Of a stretch of DNA of 64,000 bases, positions 54,908 to 64,000 are shown in pieces; position 1 is the stretch's first letter; each line of letters starts with the position of its first letter. The stretch spans positions 2,917,031 through 2,981,030 of the forward strand of contig OZ241374.1 of assembly GCA_965200715.1 (NCBI GenBank), given 5' to 3'. The notes under the pieces were generated by a model. It saw nothing but the letters and a program-made list of their open reading frames with translations. It was not told the origin of the DNA and did no database searches. This stretch comes from Arenicellales bacterium (lineage in GTDB: Bacteria > Pseudomonadota > Gammaproteobacteria > Arenicellales > Poriferihabitantaceae). A program made the translations under genes and the position numbers.

Positions 54908-55921
54908 TTGCCCATCGGGGCACAAGCGGATGATGGGCTGACCGTCTACGGAAGTATCCGAAATGCGATCGATTTTGTCGATCCAGCGGATCCGGCGGCG
55001 GATTCCACAACCGATATTTCAGCTGTTGGTTCCCGTCTGGGATTCAAAGGCAGTGCTGATCTCGGTAATGGTTTGACCGCACGCGGTCATTACGAGTTCG
55101 GACTAAATACCGATCGGAAGGGTGCCGATCTCAATCACCGGCTTGCTACGGTCGGCGTTTCCGGCGGTTTCGGTAGTATTGATATCGGCAACCAGTGGAG
55201 TGCTTTCTACAACACAACCGGCGTGGACATGGATCCCACTCCGAGATATGGCGGTATTCCCGGAACGCCCTACCGAGCTTCCAACACCATTAAGTATGCC
55301 AATTCAGTTGGCCCCTTGACGGTTGAGGCGGATTTGCGTTTGAACGGCGGTGGCGATGAAGCAGGCACCGATAGCCTGGCCGGTGATGGCGGCGGTCTTG
55401 GAGTTCGGGTTGCGGTTGCCGAAGGGCTTACCCTTGCGGCGGCTTATGACACCGAAGACCGGTCGGATAATCTGAGACATGTGTATACGGCAGCGGTGGC
55501 CGCTCAGCCGGCTAACAATGTGGCCCCGGCAGTTACAGCCAAGGGCGCAGTTACTGGAAGAGGCCCTGAGACCGATCGGGTTGGGGTTTCTGGCAAACTG
55601 GAACTCGGACAGTTCTGGGGAACTCTCGCTTGGAGTTCCAAGAATGTGACCGGAACGGCAACCGATCGATCGGAAAAGGAAACCGAATACACGCAACTAT
55701 TTATCGGTGCAAGCCTGACCGATAACACTTCGGCATGGGTTGGTTACGGACAGAGTGAAACGGAAAGAGAAAAAGAAGAACCAAGCGTTGTGAATGTGGG
55801 ACTTAGCCACAGTCTCGGCGGCGGCATGAGCCTTTTCTACGAGGGTAGGTCTGAGGATACAGATAAGGCTAACCAAGATTCGAAAATTGGGCATTATGTC
55901 GCACTTCGGTTTGATTTCTAA
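54902..55921 (+). CDS. Gram-negative porin family beta-barrel; 5' start unresolved
   Basis: LTVYGSIRNAIDF, GSRLGFKGSADLGNGLTARGHYEF, NTIKYANSVGPLTVEADLRL, C-terminal VALRFDF. Confidence 0.85.
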   Translation: MMLPIGAQADDGLTVYGSIRNAIDFVDPADPAADSTTDISAVGSRLGFKGSADLGNGLTARGHYEFGLNTDRKGADLNHRLATVGVSGGFGSIDIGNQWSAFYNTTGVDMDPTPRYGGIPGTPYRASNTIKYANSVGPLTVEADLRLNGGGDEAGTDSLAGDGGGLGVRVAVAEGLTLAAAYDTEDRSDNLRHVYTAAVAAQPANNVAPAVTAKGAVTGRGPETDRVGVSGKLELGQFWGTLAWSSKNVTGTATDRSEKETEYTQLFIGASLTDNTSAWVGYGQSETEREKEEPSVVNVGLSHSLGGGMSLFYEGRSEDTDKANQDSKIGHYVALRFDF

Positions 55922-56058
55922 CCGATATTGATTTAGAGGAAATAAACAATGAAACAGAAAATATACATAGCGGCCCTATTAGCCGGTATGCTGGCACTCG
56001 CAGGTTGTGGGGGTGGGGGTAGCTCTGGTGGAGGTGGTAATCCTCCGGGGGGCGGACC

Positions 56059-58651
56059 CTGCCCATTAGCCATAAATAGTGTCACAGCAAAGGGGTAGAA
56101 ATTCTATGATTTTTCCGGATTTTGGACAAAATCCGTAGCAAAAACACCACAAACAAGATTGAATTGAACGGCAATATCGGACTCATTCGGTAATCATGCG
56201 AGACACTTCACTGCCGATGCCGAGGGCTTTGGCCCGTTCAATCACTTGCGCATTGCCGTACAGATAACTGTATCCTTCCCACATGATCTGACTGCCGGCA
56301 GGGGCATCATTCGGCCGGTTGAGGTAGCCACCCATCATGGCCAGGATATTGACCGCCTGTCCGAGATTCTCCGGTAACTTTTGATTCCGGAAACGGGCAA
56401 AGTCCCGAATCACCGCCAGTTCGACTTCGGAAAACAGCACCGATGGGTCCAGTCCCGGAGTCTCTCGACCCAATAGGGTTAGGGTCGCAAGCCGCCAGGC
56501 AACCACAGCGCGCAAGGCGATGGCACGTTTCAAACGTTCTGCGGTGCGGTGCGCCAGTAATTCCACATCACAACCACTTTTCAGGATGCGATGCCAATCC
56601 TCGATGCGCCATCGCAGCTTGTAATACTGAATCACGTCAAGGGCCTGTTGGGTATTCGAAATCGGTAAACTGGTATACAGCAACCACTCCAGGCGCTCGG
56701 CATCACCATCCGGTTCCTCACTCTCCCGAATATGCACCACATGCAATACCACCGGCTGATCCCCCAATTCCTGCTTGCGCTTCTTGGGAATGGGGATCGT
56801 AACCTCCATCCAGCGCAACTCGCAATCGGCAACCCGGGCTTCGTGTCCGAGGACCGCTTTCTGAGTACCGGTGGCACGACGTGCCGATTGTTTCGGCACC
56901 CAAATCTGTAGCCGATGACGCACCGGCTGAGAACGCATCTGGGCAAACAAGGAACCCCCAACAATCCGCCGGTTATGTTTGGCACGCACCAGTAGATCGA
57001 GATGATCCTTCCGTTTGCGGTGCTCATCAAACACCTTGATATCATCCCCCTCCCGATCCATGGTGGCAATCAAGGTAACCTGCTCCAGATCACGGGCCAG
57101 TTCCGCACTGTCTTTGAGGCCTTCAATCCAACGCAATGTCTTCGGCTGCTCTTCCTGATGTCCCCGGTCGATCTGCAGGGCGGCAACCCCAAGCGGGAGT
57201 CCGTCACCCGAAACTACGTAGGTACTGTGCAAATGCAGCCCCAGCGTGCCTTCACTATGCTTGTTCTTGCCAATTCGACCCAAACCTTCACAGCCTGGAT
57301 GGCTGGCAAAATTCAAATCACTGCCATCCTGGATAATCAGGGCAACCGACTGCGCCTGCATGCGTTGTCGGGTGCGCTCCCGATGCCCGGCCAGGATGGT
57401 CTGCGCATTGATCGCCTCTTCATCCGGATGTTCAATTAATCGGTAATAGCCTGAAATCATCGCACTGTCTCCTCGTGTTGCAGTAAAAAATGTGTGCGAG
57501 GGCATGCCGGTCATGACCTCAATAATCCGGATCAGTCGCTGCACCCGCCGAGCATCCCCAAGCTGAGCTCCGGCAAACTCCTGCTCCGCCCAGTTGCGCG
57601 AATCAATGCCCTCCCAGGCGTTCAAAGGCTTGACCTTGCGAATCCCCAACTCGGCACGCCAGGCCGAACCTAATGGTTTCACATAGATGGCCTTTTTCGG
57701 CACCGGACGGCCGCTTCGATCCCGACCATACGTCTCACCAATGTGCTCCCAACCACAAGCCCGATAACTGATTCCAGAATACTCGGGGGAAACGTAGGTC
57801 TCGATCAGAACCGGACGAATACCATACTTCAGATGATAATCCGAAACCACCCGACGAGACAAGAATCCGAGCGACTTGGAGGCCAGATTCGCACACCGAA
57901 TGTGCGGACGAATCAGAAACCGGGCCATGCCGATGATACGCTGAAGGTTGGTCCTCCGTTCGGCTTGTGACCAGCCAATATACTCCTCTCTTGGACGTTG
58001 TACCAGGGTGGCGGAAGCGATCAGGAATCCACCCAGTACTCCGTGTTCCGAACGAATCAGATAGCGAATCTGCCAACCGGCCCCCCGAGCACTGCCGAGC
58101 GGATGTTCCAGGGTCATTAAGGATCGCCATTGCCGCCGTTCTAAATCGGTGCGGACCGGAACCACTTCTAGTTGCTCGATCGCATCCACTCGCGAGGGGA
58201 CTCCCAGAGCGGGCGCAACCGGCTCATTCGCCGGATTGATCTGCTTCGCAACCGGTTCCAGGGGTGGTGGTAGCGAAATCCGGCCTTGCCGATCAAGTTG
58301 GGTCAATGCAGCCAGACAGCTGTGACCGCGCACCTGACCTTTGGCATCGAGAAAATCAAACTGTTCACAGACTTCCCGGCTAATCGCCCATCGGGTAGCC
58401 GGATCCTGTTCGGTGATGATTTGCCGCACTCGCTGCAGATTCTCGGGTTCGAGCAGAGTCGCCTTGATCGGGATGGGTTGATACATGGTAGAATCGGTGT
58501 CTATTGAATCGGAATGGCGATCATCCCTCATTCGGTCCGATTTGTCAATACCGGTAAAGAAAAAAAATCAAAAAATATTTGCCGGTCAGACCGTCAATTT
58601 TATCGAACCGATTCTCCCTTTGCTGTGACGCTATTTATGGCTAATAGGCAG
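56059..58651. mobile_element. Tn5/IS50-like IS (IS4 family) with DUF4338-transposase fusion
   Basis: About 36-bp imperfect terminal inverted repeats: CTGCCCATTAGCCATAAATAGTGTCACAGCAAAGGG, and the reverse complement of the right end CTGCCTATTAGCCATAAATAGCGTCACAGCAAAGGG. An 8-9-bp target duplication (G)GGCGGACC sits at 56050-56058 and 58651-58659. Confidence 0.9.
56183..58531 (-). CDS. Tn5-like DDE transposase with N-terminal DUF4338-like domain
   Basis: 782 aa. EEYIGW..MARFLIRP..VLIETYV at the N-terminus. YYKLRWRIEDWHRILKSGC at the C-terminus. A moderately diverged paralog of 51776..54124. Confidence 0.85.
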   Translation of the reverse strand: MRDDRHSDSIDTDSTMYQPIPIKATLLEPENLQRVRQIITEQDPATRWAISREVCEQFDFLDAKGQVRGHSCLAALTQLDRQGRISLPPPLEPVAKQINPANEPVAPALGVPSRVDAIEQLEVVPVRTDLERRQWRSLMTLEHPLGSARGAGWQIRYLIRSEHGVLGGFLIASATLVQRPREEYIGWSQAERRTNLQRIIGMARFLIRPHIRCANLASKSLGFLSRRVVSDYHLKYGIRPVLIETYVSPEYSGISYRACGWEHIGETYGRDRSGRPVPKKAIYVKPLGSAWRAELGIRKVKPLNAWEGIDSRNWAEQEFAGAQLGDARRVQRLIRIIEVMTGMPSHTFFTATRGDSAMISGYYRLIEHPDEEAINAQTILAGHRERTRQRMQAQSVALIIQDGSDLNFASHPGCEGLGRIGKNKHSEGTLGLHLHSTYVVSGDGLPLGVAALQIDRGHQEEQPKTLRWIEGLKDSAELARDLEQVTLIATMDREGDDIKVFDEHRKRKDHLDLLVRAKHNRRIVGGSLFAQMRSQPVRHRLQIWVPKQSARRATGTQKAVLGHEARVADCELRWMEVTIPIPKKRKQELGDQPVVLHVVHIRESEEPDGDAERLEWLLYTSLPISNTQQALDVIQYYKLRWRIEDWHRILKSGCDVELLAHRTAERLKRAIALRAVVAWRLATLTLLGRETPGLDPSVLFSEVELAVIRDFARFRNQKLPENLGQAVNILAMMGGYLNRPNDAPAGSQIMWEGYSYLYGNAQVIERAKALGIGSEVSRMITE

Positions 58652-59685
58652 GGCGGACCAGGTGATGAGCTAAGCGAGGAAGAGATCGCATTTCTCAAGG
58701 ATAACTGCGATGCGGAGTTCAACGAGACAACCAACAAGTGCGAACCAAAACCGATGCAAGCCGCAGGGCCAAGCGTTCAGGAAGTTTATGATGAGTTGAG
58801 CGCTGATATCATTCGTCCCAAGGAACAGATGAATTTTGATGACGCAGACAAAAAGGCTTCCGAGAAGTTCGATGTTAAGGGGACTGATGATTTCTTTACC
58901 GGTGGCTATGCACTTGAAATGAGCGGGGACAATGAAGGCAAGCTGGCAATTAACACTAAAGCTAAACGGGAGAAAGCAAAAGCCTCTGTTTTTGGAGGGG
59001 TAGAAGAGAAAAAGCACGACACTGCCAACGGAAAGTTCACCACCGACGGCACCTTTGACGGAGCTGAAGGTACTTTTGAATGTATGGGTACTAATGAAAC
59101 CTGTATTTCACAGGATGGAGAGCCAAAGGGTGATATGTGGACATTCACGCCGGATGATCCAGATGCAAAAGAAACCATAACCGCTGAATGGGGCTGGTGG
59201 TGGAGCTACGATGCCGATGCCGATGACAAAAAACTAACCGGTCAGGTATTTCGCGACAGTGGTGATTTTAGTCCGTCCAGTGCACTTAATCTGTTAGGAG
59301 AGGGAACGGCAACTTACACGGGTGATGCACTAGGTTTGTATTCCATTCCGGGAGAGGCTGGAAACTTCACCGCAACCGCAACCCTAACAGCAACATTTGG
59401 AGGAGATGAAAACCCAAAACTGAAGGGCATGATTGACAACTTTTCCAATAATTCGGACTGGAAGGTAGAGCTGAAGGAACTTACTGCTGCTGATCCTGCT
59501 GGGTCTTTTACTAAAAGCGATTTTGCAGAAGTTGGCACCTGGGAGGAAGTTAGTTGGAGTGCTGACATGTACAACGGAACTGCAGCTAAAAAGCCGGATA
59601 CGATTCTGGGTGATTTCAAGGCAACCGCTCAGGGAAGTGTTGTGGTAGGAGCATTTGGAGCTCAGGAATAACCAACCAATACCAA

Positions 59686-59708
59686 CCGGGGCCGTAAAAC
59701 CGCCCCGG
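59686..59708 (+). terminator. Terminator hairpin (conserved family variant)
   Basis: CCGGGGCCGTAAAACCGCCCCGG followed by TTTTC. Confidence 0.7.
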
Positions 59709-59790
59709 TTTTCTTTATGCCTAGAACCGTAACAATGCAGATTGAGGGCATGAAAATCTTTGACCACTAAGAGATAGAGTTAATTAGACA

Positions 59791-61236
59791 ATGAAACACA
59801 ATATTTTACTATCCGCCCTGCTTGCGGCCATGCTGGTCATTGCAGGTTCCGGAGGGGGCGGAAGTAGCGGCCCCCCAATAACCGGAACGACCATGGCGCA
59901 ACTGGATAAGGCGGTCATGGAACTGGAGGCCGCAGTAGCTGCCGGAAATATAGATACCCCTACCCAGGCGTTGATTGACGCTATCGATAGGGAGATCAGG
60001 GAACTCCAGACGGCTATCGATAATGCGGCGGACGGGGTAGTTACCACTGCTGCTACTACGGCATTAAATACTGCCATGACTACTCGCGGAACAATAAATA
60101 CAAGGTTTGCCGCACTTCCAGATCCGACTGAAGTAGATGCCGGTCAGTTAGCTATGGCGGTCATGGAACTGGAGGCCGCAGTAATGGCCGGAAATATAGA
60201 TACCCCTACCCAGGCGTTGATTGACGCTATCGATAGGGAGATCAGGGAGCTCCAGGCGGCTATCGATAATGCGGCCGAAGGGGTAGATACCACTGCTGCT
60301 GCTAGGGCATTAACTACTGCCAGGACTACTCGCGGAACAATAAATACAAGGTTTGATAATCTTCCAGATCCGAACGCAATGCTAGCAAACCGACCTACAA
60401 CCGAGATTGAGTATGATGCTACTGCTAATGATGGTAATGGCCGATGGACAATCGACATATCCTCTGGTCTTGGCGGTGCAAGTCATGAAGTTACGGTAGG
60501 TCTTACTCACGGCTGGATTAGCGTAACTAGCGATACTCCTTTAGTAACAAAAACGGGTGCAGCGACAGAAATCGATGAGATATACGCCATAGCCGTATAT
60601 GGCAAGTCAAAAGATGATGATGCCAACGATTTTGATGACGAAGACCGCATGGGTTTTGGAGCCTGGGTTTCGAATAGTGGGATAGTGGTTGGCAATACCA
60701 GTTCCGTTCCTCCGCTCATTGACGGGGTTGCGGCTAGTGGTGATGACCCCGCAACCGGAAGGGTGTATCTCGATGCGAAATTAGCAGGAACAACAGGAAC
60801 GGCAACCTATACCGGTGATGTTGCGGGTATTACAGAAAGTGACGGAGATATCGGAAACAATGTATATGATCCTCAATATGTACCTTGGATTGGAGCGGTA
60901 GAATTGACGGCCAACTTAGCTAACAATACTCTTGATGGGAGCATAACTGGAAAAGTCGGTAATCCGATTCCAACTGACATAGCCTTTGAGGGAGGTGTTA
61001 TCAGTAACTATATGGCCTCTGGCAATATAAACAATGGTCAAGGTGAAGATTCTGGTGACTGGAACGCAAGGTTTGTACATCAAGGGCGATGGATTGTCGG
61101 TGATTTTGACTATCAGCCAAATGGCACTGATACAACCTTCAATCTCAAAACCGAAGCTGATAGTACAGCCGATCCTGATCCTGCAGGATTTACCTACATA
61201 CGACATCGCGGCGCATTTGGTGCCGTTGAGGAATAG
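59791..61236 (+). CDS. TbpB-like surface protein paralog of 19162..20971 with lipobox Cys replaced by Ser
   Basis: MKHNILLSALLAAMLVIAGSGGGGSS (TCC where the paralogs have TGC). An internal 82-aa tandem duplication. C-terminus GTATYTGDVAGITE..LTANLANNTLDGSI..GDWNARF..RHRGAFGAVE. Confidence 0.8.
   Translation: MKHNILLSALLAAMLVIAGSGGGGSSGPPITGTTMAQLDKAVMELEAAVAAGNIDTPTQALIDAIDREIRELQTAIDNAADGVVTTAATTALNTAMTTRGTINTRFAALPDPTEVDAGQLAMAVMELEAAVMAGNIDTPTQALIDAIDREIRELQAAIDNAAEGVDTTAAARALTTARTTRGTINTRFDNLPDPNAMLANRPTTEIEYDATANDGNGRWTIDISSGLGGASHEVTVGLTHGWISVTSDTPLVTKTGAATEIDEIYAIAVYGKSKDDDANDFDDEDRMGFGAWVSNSGIVVGNTSSVPPLIDGVAASGDDPATGRVYLDAKLAGTTGTATYTGDVAGITESDGDIGNNVYDPQYVPWIGAVELTANLANNTLDGSITGKVGNPIPTDIAFEGGVISNYMASGNINNGQGEDSGDWNARFVHQGRWIVGDFDYQPNGTDTTFNLKTEADSTADPDPAGFTYIRHRGAFGAVEE
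59911..60372. repeat. Tandem direct repeat, 2 x about 216 nt with a 246-nt period, inside the CDS
   Basis: GCGGTCATGGAACTGGAGGCCGCAGTA...CCAGATCCG occurs at 59911-60126 and again at 60157-60372 with a handful of substitutions. Confidence 0.9.
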
Positions 61237-61253
61237 TATTAACAATCAATATA

Positions 61254-61280
61254 CCGGGGCGTAACAACCCCCGGTTTTTT
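61254..61280 (+). terminator. Rho-independent terminator (conserved family)
   Basis: CCGGGGCGTAACAACCCCCGG followed by T6. Confidence 0.85.
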
Positions 61281-61296
61281 CTATCGAGGTGAAACA

Positions 61297-61581
61297 ATGG
61301 AAGATAACAGCATAAAAAGCGAAATAGATGCTTTAAGAAGCAAGTTCAATATGATGTGGCATGATTTGAAGGGTATAGGAACTGAAGTAAGCGAACTACG
61401 AAGTGATGTAAATGAACTTAAAGCCGACATGAAAAAGGTTAAATCTGACATTGCAGAAATAAAGGAAATGCACAAAGCGTCAGCCAAAACGCTTGAGGCG
61501 CACTTTTCTACTGGAAGGCCAGAAGTAATAGCAAACCTTCAAGAATCTAAAAATACCCAAACCAATAACAACCCAGATTGA
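61297..61581 (+). CDS. Small coiled-coil hypothetical protein
   Basis: 94-aa ORF with heptad-like EIDALRSKF..VSELRSDVNELKADMKKVKSDIAEIKE. GAGGTGAAACA SD-like sequence upstream. Confidence 0.45.
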   Translation: MEDNSIKSEIDALRSKFNMMWHDLKGIGTEVSELRSDVNELKADMKKVKSDIAEIKEMHKASAKTLEAHFSTGRPEVIANLQESKNTQTNNNPD

Positions 61582-61637
61582 CGCTGATTGATTCCGCGCC
61601 GCTAAACGGAACTTCACGCCCTATGAGACAAAGCAAC

Positions 61638-61799
61638 ATGGAAGATGAGCATGAAACGAAAAAGGAAGCACTGATCGATTTGCAGAGTTACTTACAGGAC
61701 ATAGCCGAAAAGAAATTACCGCAAACGCTACAAGCCAGCATAAGGGCCAAGATTGCGGTTTGCTATTTGGATTATCCAAACATTGAAAAAGGGAGTTAA
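61638..61799 (+). CDS. Small hypothetical protein, paralog of 18656..18817
   Basis: MEDEHETKKEALIDLQSYLQDIAEKKLPQTLQASIRAKIAVCYLDYPNIEKGS. I trimmed the start from ORF 61578..61799. Confidence 0.45.
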   Translation: MEDEHETKKEALIDLQSYLQDIAEKKLPQTLQASIRAKIAVCYLDYPNIEKGS

Positions 61800-61890
61800 A
61801 ACCAGCCTATTCCAAACCGCTAAACAAGCGTTTCAGGATCGTTGCAAAGAACTGGATTACAACTGAATAGAAAACTGAAAAAATGAATCC

Positions 61891-63111
61891 TTACTTAACC
61901 GCACCGAAAGCGGCGGTAATCTCTGGTCTTTGGAGTGTACCGGCTGCGGTTTCTGCTTCAAACCCATAGAACGCCCCGACCACATCCGGGATCCCGTCCC
62001 GATCCTGTGAATCTATGGTCGAATCGAAGTAATGGCCATATAAGTCGAGATCATAGCGATAGCCACTCCGATTCCAAGAATTGCCATCCCAGTCCGCAAT
62101 CCGGTGAAAACGGGCTACTCCCGTTCCTTGATTAAAGTTAATGCTGAGATCTGCGTCACCATATAGGGCAGTTCCATTCGTAGCATATCCGACTAAGGTT
62201 CCATCGTATGATGCACTGCCTGATAGTTCATTCGGTCTTGGAGCCGCTAGGTATGTTGCATCCACCCACGGAATGACGGCAGTCCCTCGATGCAGGTTGT
62301 CTACCCCGAAATGCACTCCACCCTCATGCTCGGTAACCCTTTTCATTTCCCCATCCCAGAATCCCCAGCCGTAGAGGTCATGGAGCATGGCCACATCAAT
62401 CAGCGGCACTCTCTCAATTTCTCCTTTCAGATAGTAGCGATAGGACATGATGGACGTGTGGATTTCCTGTGGGTGTGCGACCAGCCCGAGAGCGTGCAGA
62501 AATTCATGTACCATGGTCTCCACCGCAAAGGACATGTCCAAGGGATCGGATAGGTCAAGATCGGTCTCATCGCCAAGGGCATAGCCCCGTTCGCCATCGG
62601 TCCAAGCCCATCCGCTAAACTCTGGGTCATCATAGGGGTAGATCTCCGCATGAATCACGCCCCTCGGTACAAGAGACTCGACACGGGATGTCCAGTCATC
62701 CCTATCCACACCAGAAAATGTCCGGTTGGTTGTTTCGTAGCCAAGCCGGTATTCCTCAGGTAGGGAACGGTTGAGGATGCCGAGTGTTCTCCGAATTGCC
62801 CATGTTCCCGCCTGTGCAGTATTTGAAGAAATATGTACTTTCGGCAATTGGTTCCAGCGATAAAACCATCCACGACCGGATAGGGAACAGCGTGACCGAC
62901 CACTCTCTGTTACGCAGTCATCATACATGGCTCGCCGGTAGTCCTGGCGGGCATCCGAATCAATGCCGTAGTGGTGTATTCCGGTACTAGAAACGCCTGC
63001 CAGCGGTGCTGCTTCATTGCCTGGTTCTGCATTGCCCGTTCCACCGCCTCCGCAGCCTACAAGGGTTAGCATTGTGGCCAACAGGATCGCTATTGAGCAT
63101 TTCGGTTTCAT
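61891..63111 (-). CDS. Zinc-metalloprotease lipoprotein (metzincin/serralysin-like) with TbpB-like C-terminal barrel
   Basis: 406 aa, about 94 percent identical by eye to 17336..18556. Lipobox LTLVGCGGGGT, HEFLHALGLVAHPQEIHTSIMSY, ..AAFGAVK. Confidence 0.85.
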   Translation of the reverse strand: MKPKCSIAILLATMLTLVGCGGGGTGNAEPGNEAAPLAGVSSTGIHHYGIDSDARQDYRRAMYDDCVTESGRSRCSLSGRGWFYRWNQLPKVHISSNTAQAGTWAIRRTLGILNRSLPEEYRLGYETTNRTFSGVDRDDWTSRVESLVPRGVIHAEIYPYDDPEFSGWAWTDGERGYALGDETDLDLSDPLDMSFAVETMVHEFLHALGLVAHPQEIHTSIMSYRYYLKGEIERVPLIDVAMLHDLYGWGFWDGEMKRVTEHEGGVHFGVDNLHRGTAVIPWVDATYLAAPRPNELSGSASYDGTLVGYATNGTALYGDADLSINFNQGTGVARFHRIADWDGNSWNRSGYRYDLDLYGHYFDSTIDSQDRDGIPDVVGAFYGFEAETAAGTLQRPEITAAFGAVK

Positions 63112-63526
63112 TGTCGCGATCAGTGCTTCGTCATGGAAAGGCGTGAAGTTCCGTTTAGCGGCGTGGTTACGGGTTCAAGATGCTATGTTGTTTATTAAAA
63201 TATGGGTTGTGTTCATCGTTGTATATTGGCTCTAACTCTTCAATCAATTCTTTTTCAATTTTTTTCTACGTTTAGAAGAGACGCTACAAGAGACCGAAAC
63301 AACCCTAAATTGGCTCAATAAATCACTAACTTTTTCATAGCAAATAGGAGCTATTTTTTCAACTTTCATGATATTTAGCCTAAGTGAACTACCTAAATCA
63401 TTTACTTGAACCTCTATCCTTTCGGCCATATCTCCGCTTTCTCCTACGTATACGACCTCGTTATTATGGAAAAATGCATCGTATATTTTTTTGTAGATTT
63501 ATCCATTGGCATCTACCTTAAAAAAA

Positions 63527-63546
63527 CCGGGGTTGTTACGCCCCGG
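63527..63546 (-). terminator. Rho-independent terminator (conserved family)
   Basis: Minus strand: CCGGGGCGTAACAACCCCGG followed by T7, downstream of the partial gene's stop at 63612. Confidence 0.8.
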
Positions 63547-63611
63547 TATATTGATTAGGGCAATCAGGGCAACCGAGGCCGCCCCTTTGATTGCAATTTT
63601 AAGAGATCCGA

Positions 63612-64000
63612 TTAGTTCTGCTTGGTACAGTTACCACCGCGACATTCAGTACCAAATGCACCGGTTGCGTGTCCATCATCAAATGAATCTTGGAACGTGC
63701 CAACTAAACCATACGGCGCATAACCATGTCCGTTTGACTGTCTTGTTGCGGCAACCTGACCTTGGAATTGGCCATGGAAACTGGCATCGGTGTTGGTAAC
63801 ACTTCCATTATCCTCAATTGATAGTGGTTTGGCAGCAGTGCCTGCATTAACTGTCCAGTCTCCAGGGCCATCGCCAGCACCAGTACCCGCTATCCTTGCA
63901 AAATTGCTAATCGTTCCATAAACAGTATCGCTAGTAGTGCCAAATTTCGCCGTGAAATTTGCATTGGCAGTAAACTCACCGTATCCAGTTGGAACATTAT
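63612..64000 (-). CDS. C-terminal part of another TbpB-like surface lipoprotein; 5' end off-window
   Basis: Not in the ORF track because no start lies in the window. My translation of the minus strand: ..GEFTANANFTAKFG..VYGTISNFARIAG..GDWTVNAG..FHGQFQGQVA..GLVGTFQDSFDDGHATGAFGTECRGGNCTKQN, then the stop. Confidence 0.7.
   Translation of the reverse strand, partial: NVPTGYGEFTANANFTAKFGTTSDTVYGTISNFARIAGTGAGDGPGDWTVNAGTAAKPLSIEDNGSVTNTDASFHGQFQGQVAATRQSNGHGYAPYGLVGTFQDSFDDGHATGAFGTECRGGNCTKQN

Larger units (their letters stand above)
55949..59671 (+). pseudogene. Surface lipoprotein with TbpB-like barrel, split by the IS at 56059..58651
   Basis: 55949-56058 encodes MKQKIYIAALLAGMLALAGCGGGGSSGGGGNPPGGGP. 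58652-59671 continues in the same codon phase: GDELSEEEIAFLKDNCD...GTATYTGDALGLYS..FTATATLTATF..LKGMIDNF..VVVGAFGAQE. Confidence 0.85.

Noticed and set aside
58514-58651. The N-terminal 46 residues of ORF 58514..59671 (MAIIPHSVRFVNTGKEKK..).
   Set aside because: This part is read from the terminal inverted repeat of the Tn5-like IS. The genuine coding sequence resumes at 58652 and belongs to the lipoprotein gene that starts at 55949.
1-64000. Search for rRNA and tRNA genes, a TonB-dependent receptor, or Slam/DUF560 and cas genes.
   Set aside because: I could recognise none by eye in any frame. tRNA detection by eye is unreliable, so tRNAscan-SE and Infernal should still be run.

Overview
64-kb, IS-rich segment that looks like a Gram-negative (proteobacterial-type) chromosome; the taxon cannot be fixed from sequence alone. 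It is dominated by one paralogous surface-protein family. There are seven cassettes, six with their 5' gene inside the window. Each encodes a classical porin-family beta-barrel followed 26-30 nt later by a lipoprotein. The lipoproteins share a near-invariant signal peptide and lipobox (MKQKIYIAALLAGMLALAGCGGGSS) and a TbpB/HpuA/fHbp-like C-terminal barrel, with an unrelated, hypervariable middle. Four cassettes add a metzincin/serralysin-like zinc-protease lipoprotein ending in the same barrel. The cassettes sit head-to-head in three pairs, and all accessory DNA lies between the porin 5' ends. That accessory DNA includes AT-rich orphan genes, HigBA, a decayed AbiE pair, a Panacea-domain TA-like pair, two IS1634-like elements, an ISAs1-like pseudogene, IS1595 debris, two Tn5-like IS, and a TG..CA Mu/Tn7-superfamily-like transposon carrying a nested three-recombinase RIT element. 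Every porin gene begins at an invariant 26-nt element containing a GGCAGA-N7-TCTGCC palindrome. Homology stops abruptly upstream of it, and no conventional start codon or signal-peptide n-region is present. Orphan and permuted copies of the element join different flank modules. This suggests a recombination site or silent-cassette system, or alternatively an unusual initiation signal. Individual lipoprotein genes are switched off in different ways: a 12-G homopolymer just after the lipobox, a 19-nt imperfect duplication, an IS insertion, frameshifts, and a Cys-to-Ser lipobox change. I recognised no rRNA, tRNA or CRISPR array. All family assignments come from motif recognition by eye and need HMM or structure confirmation.
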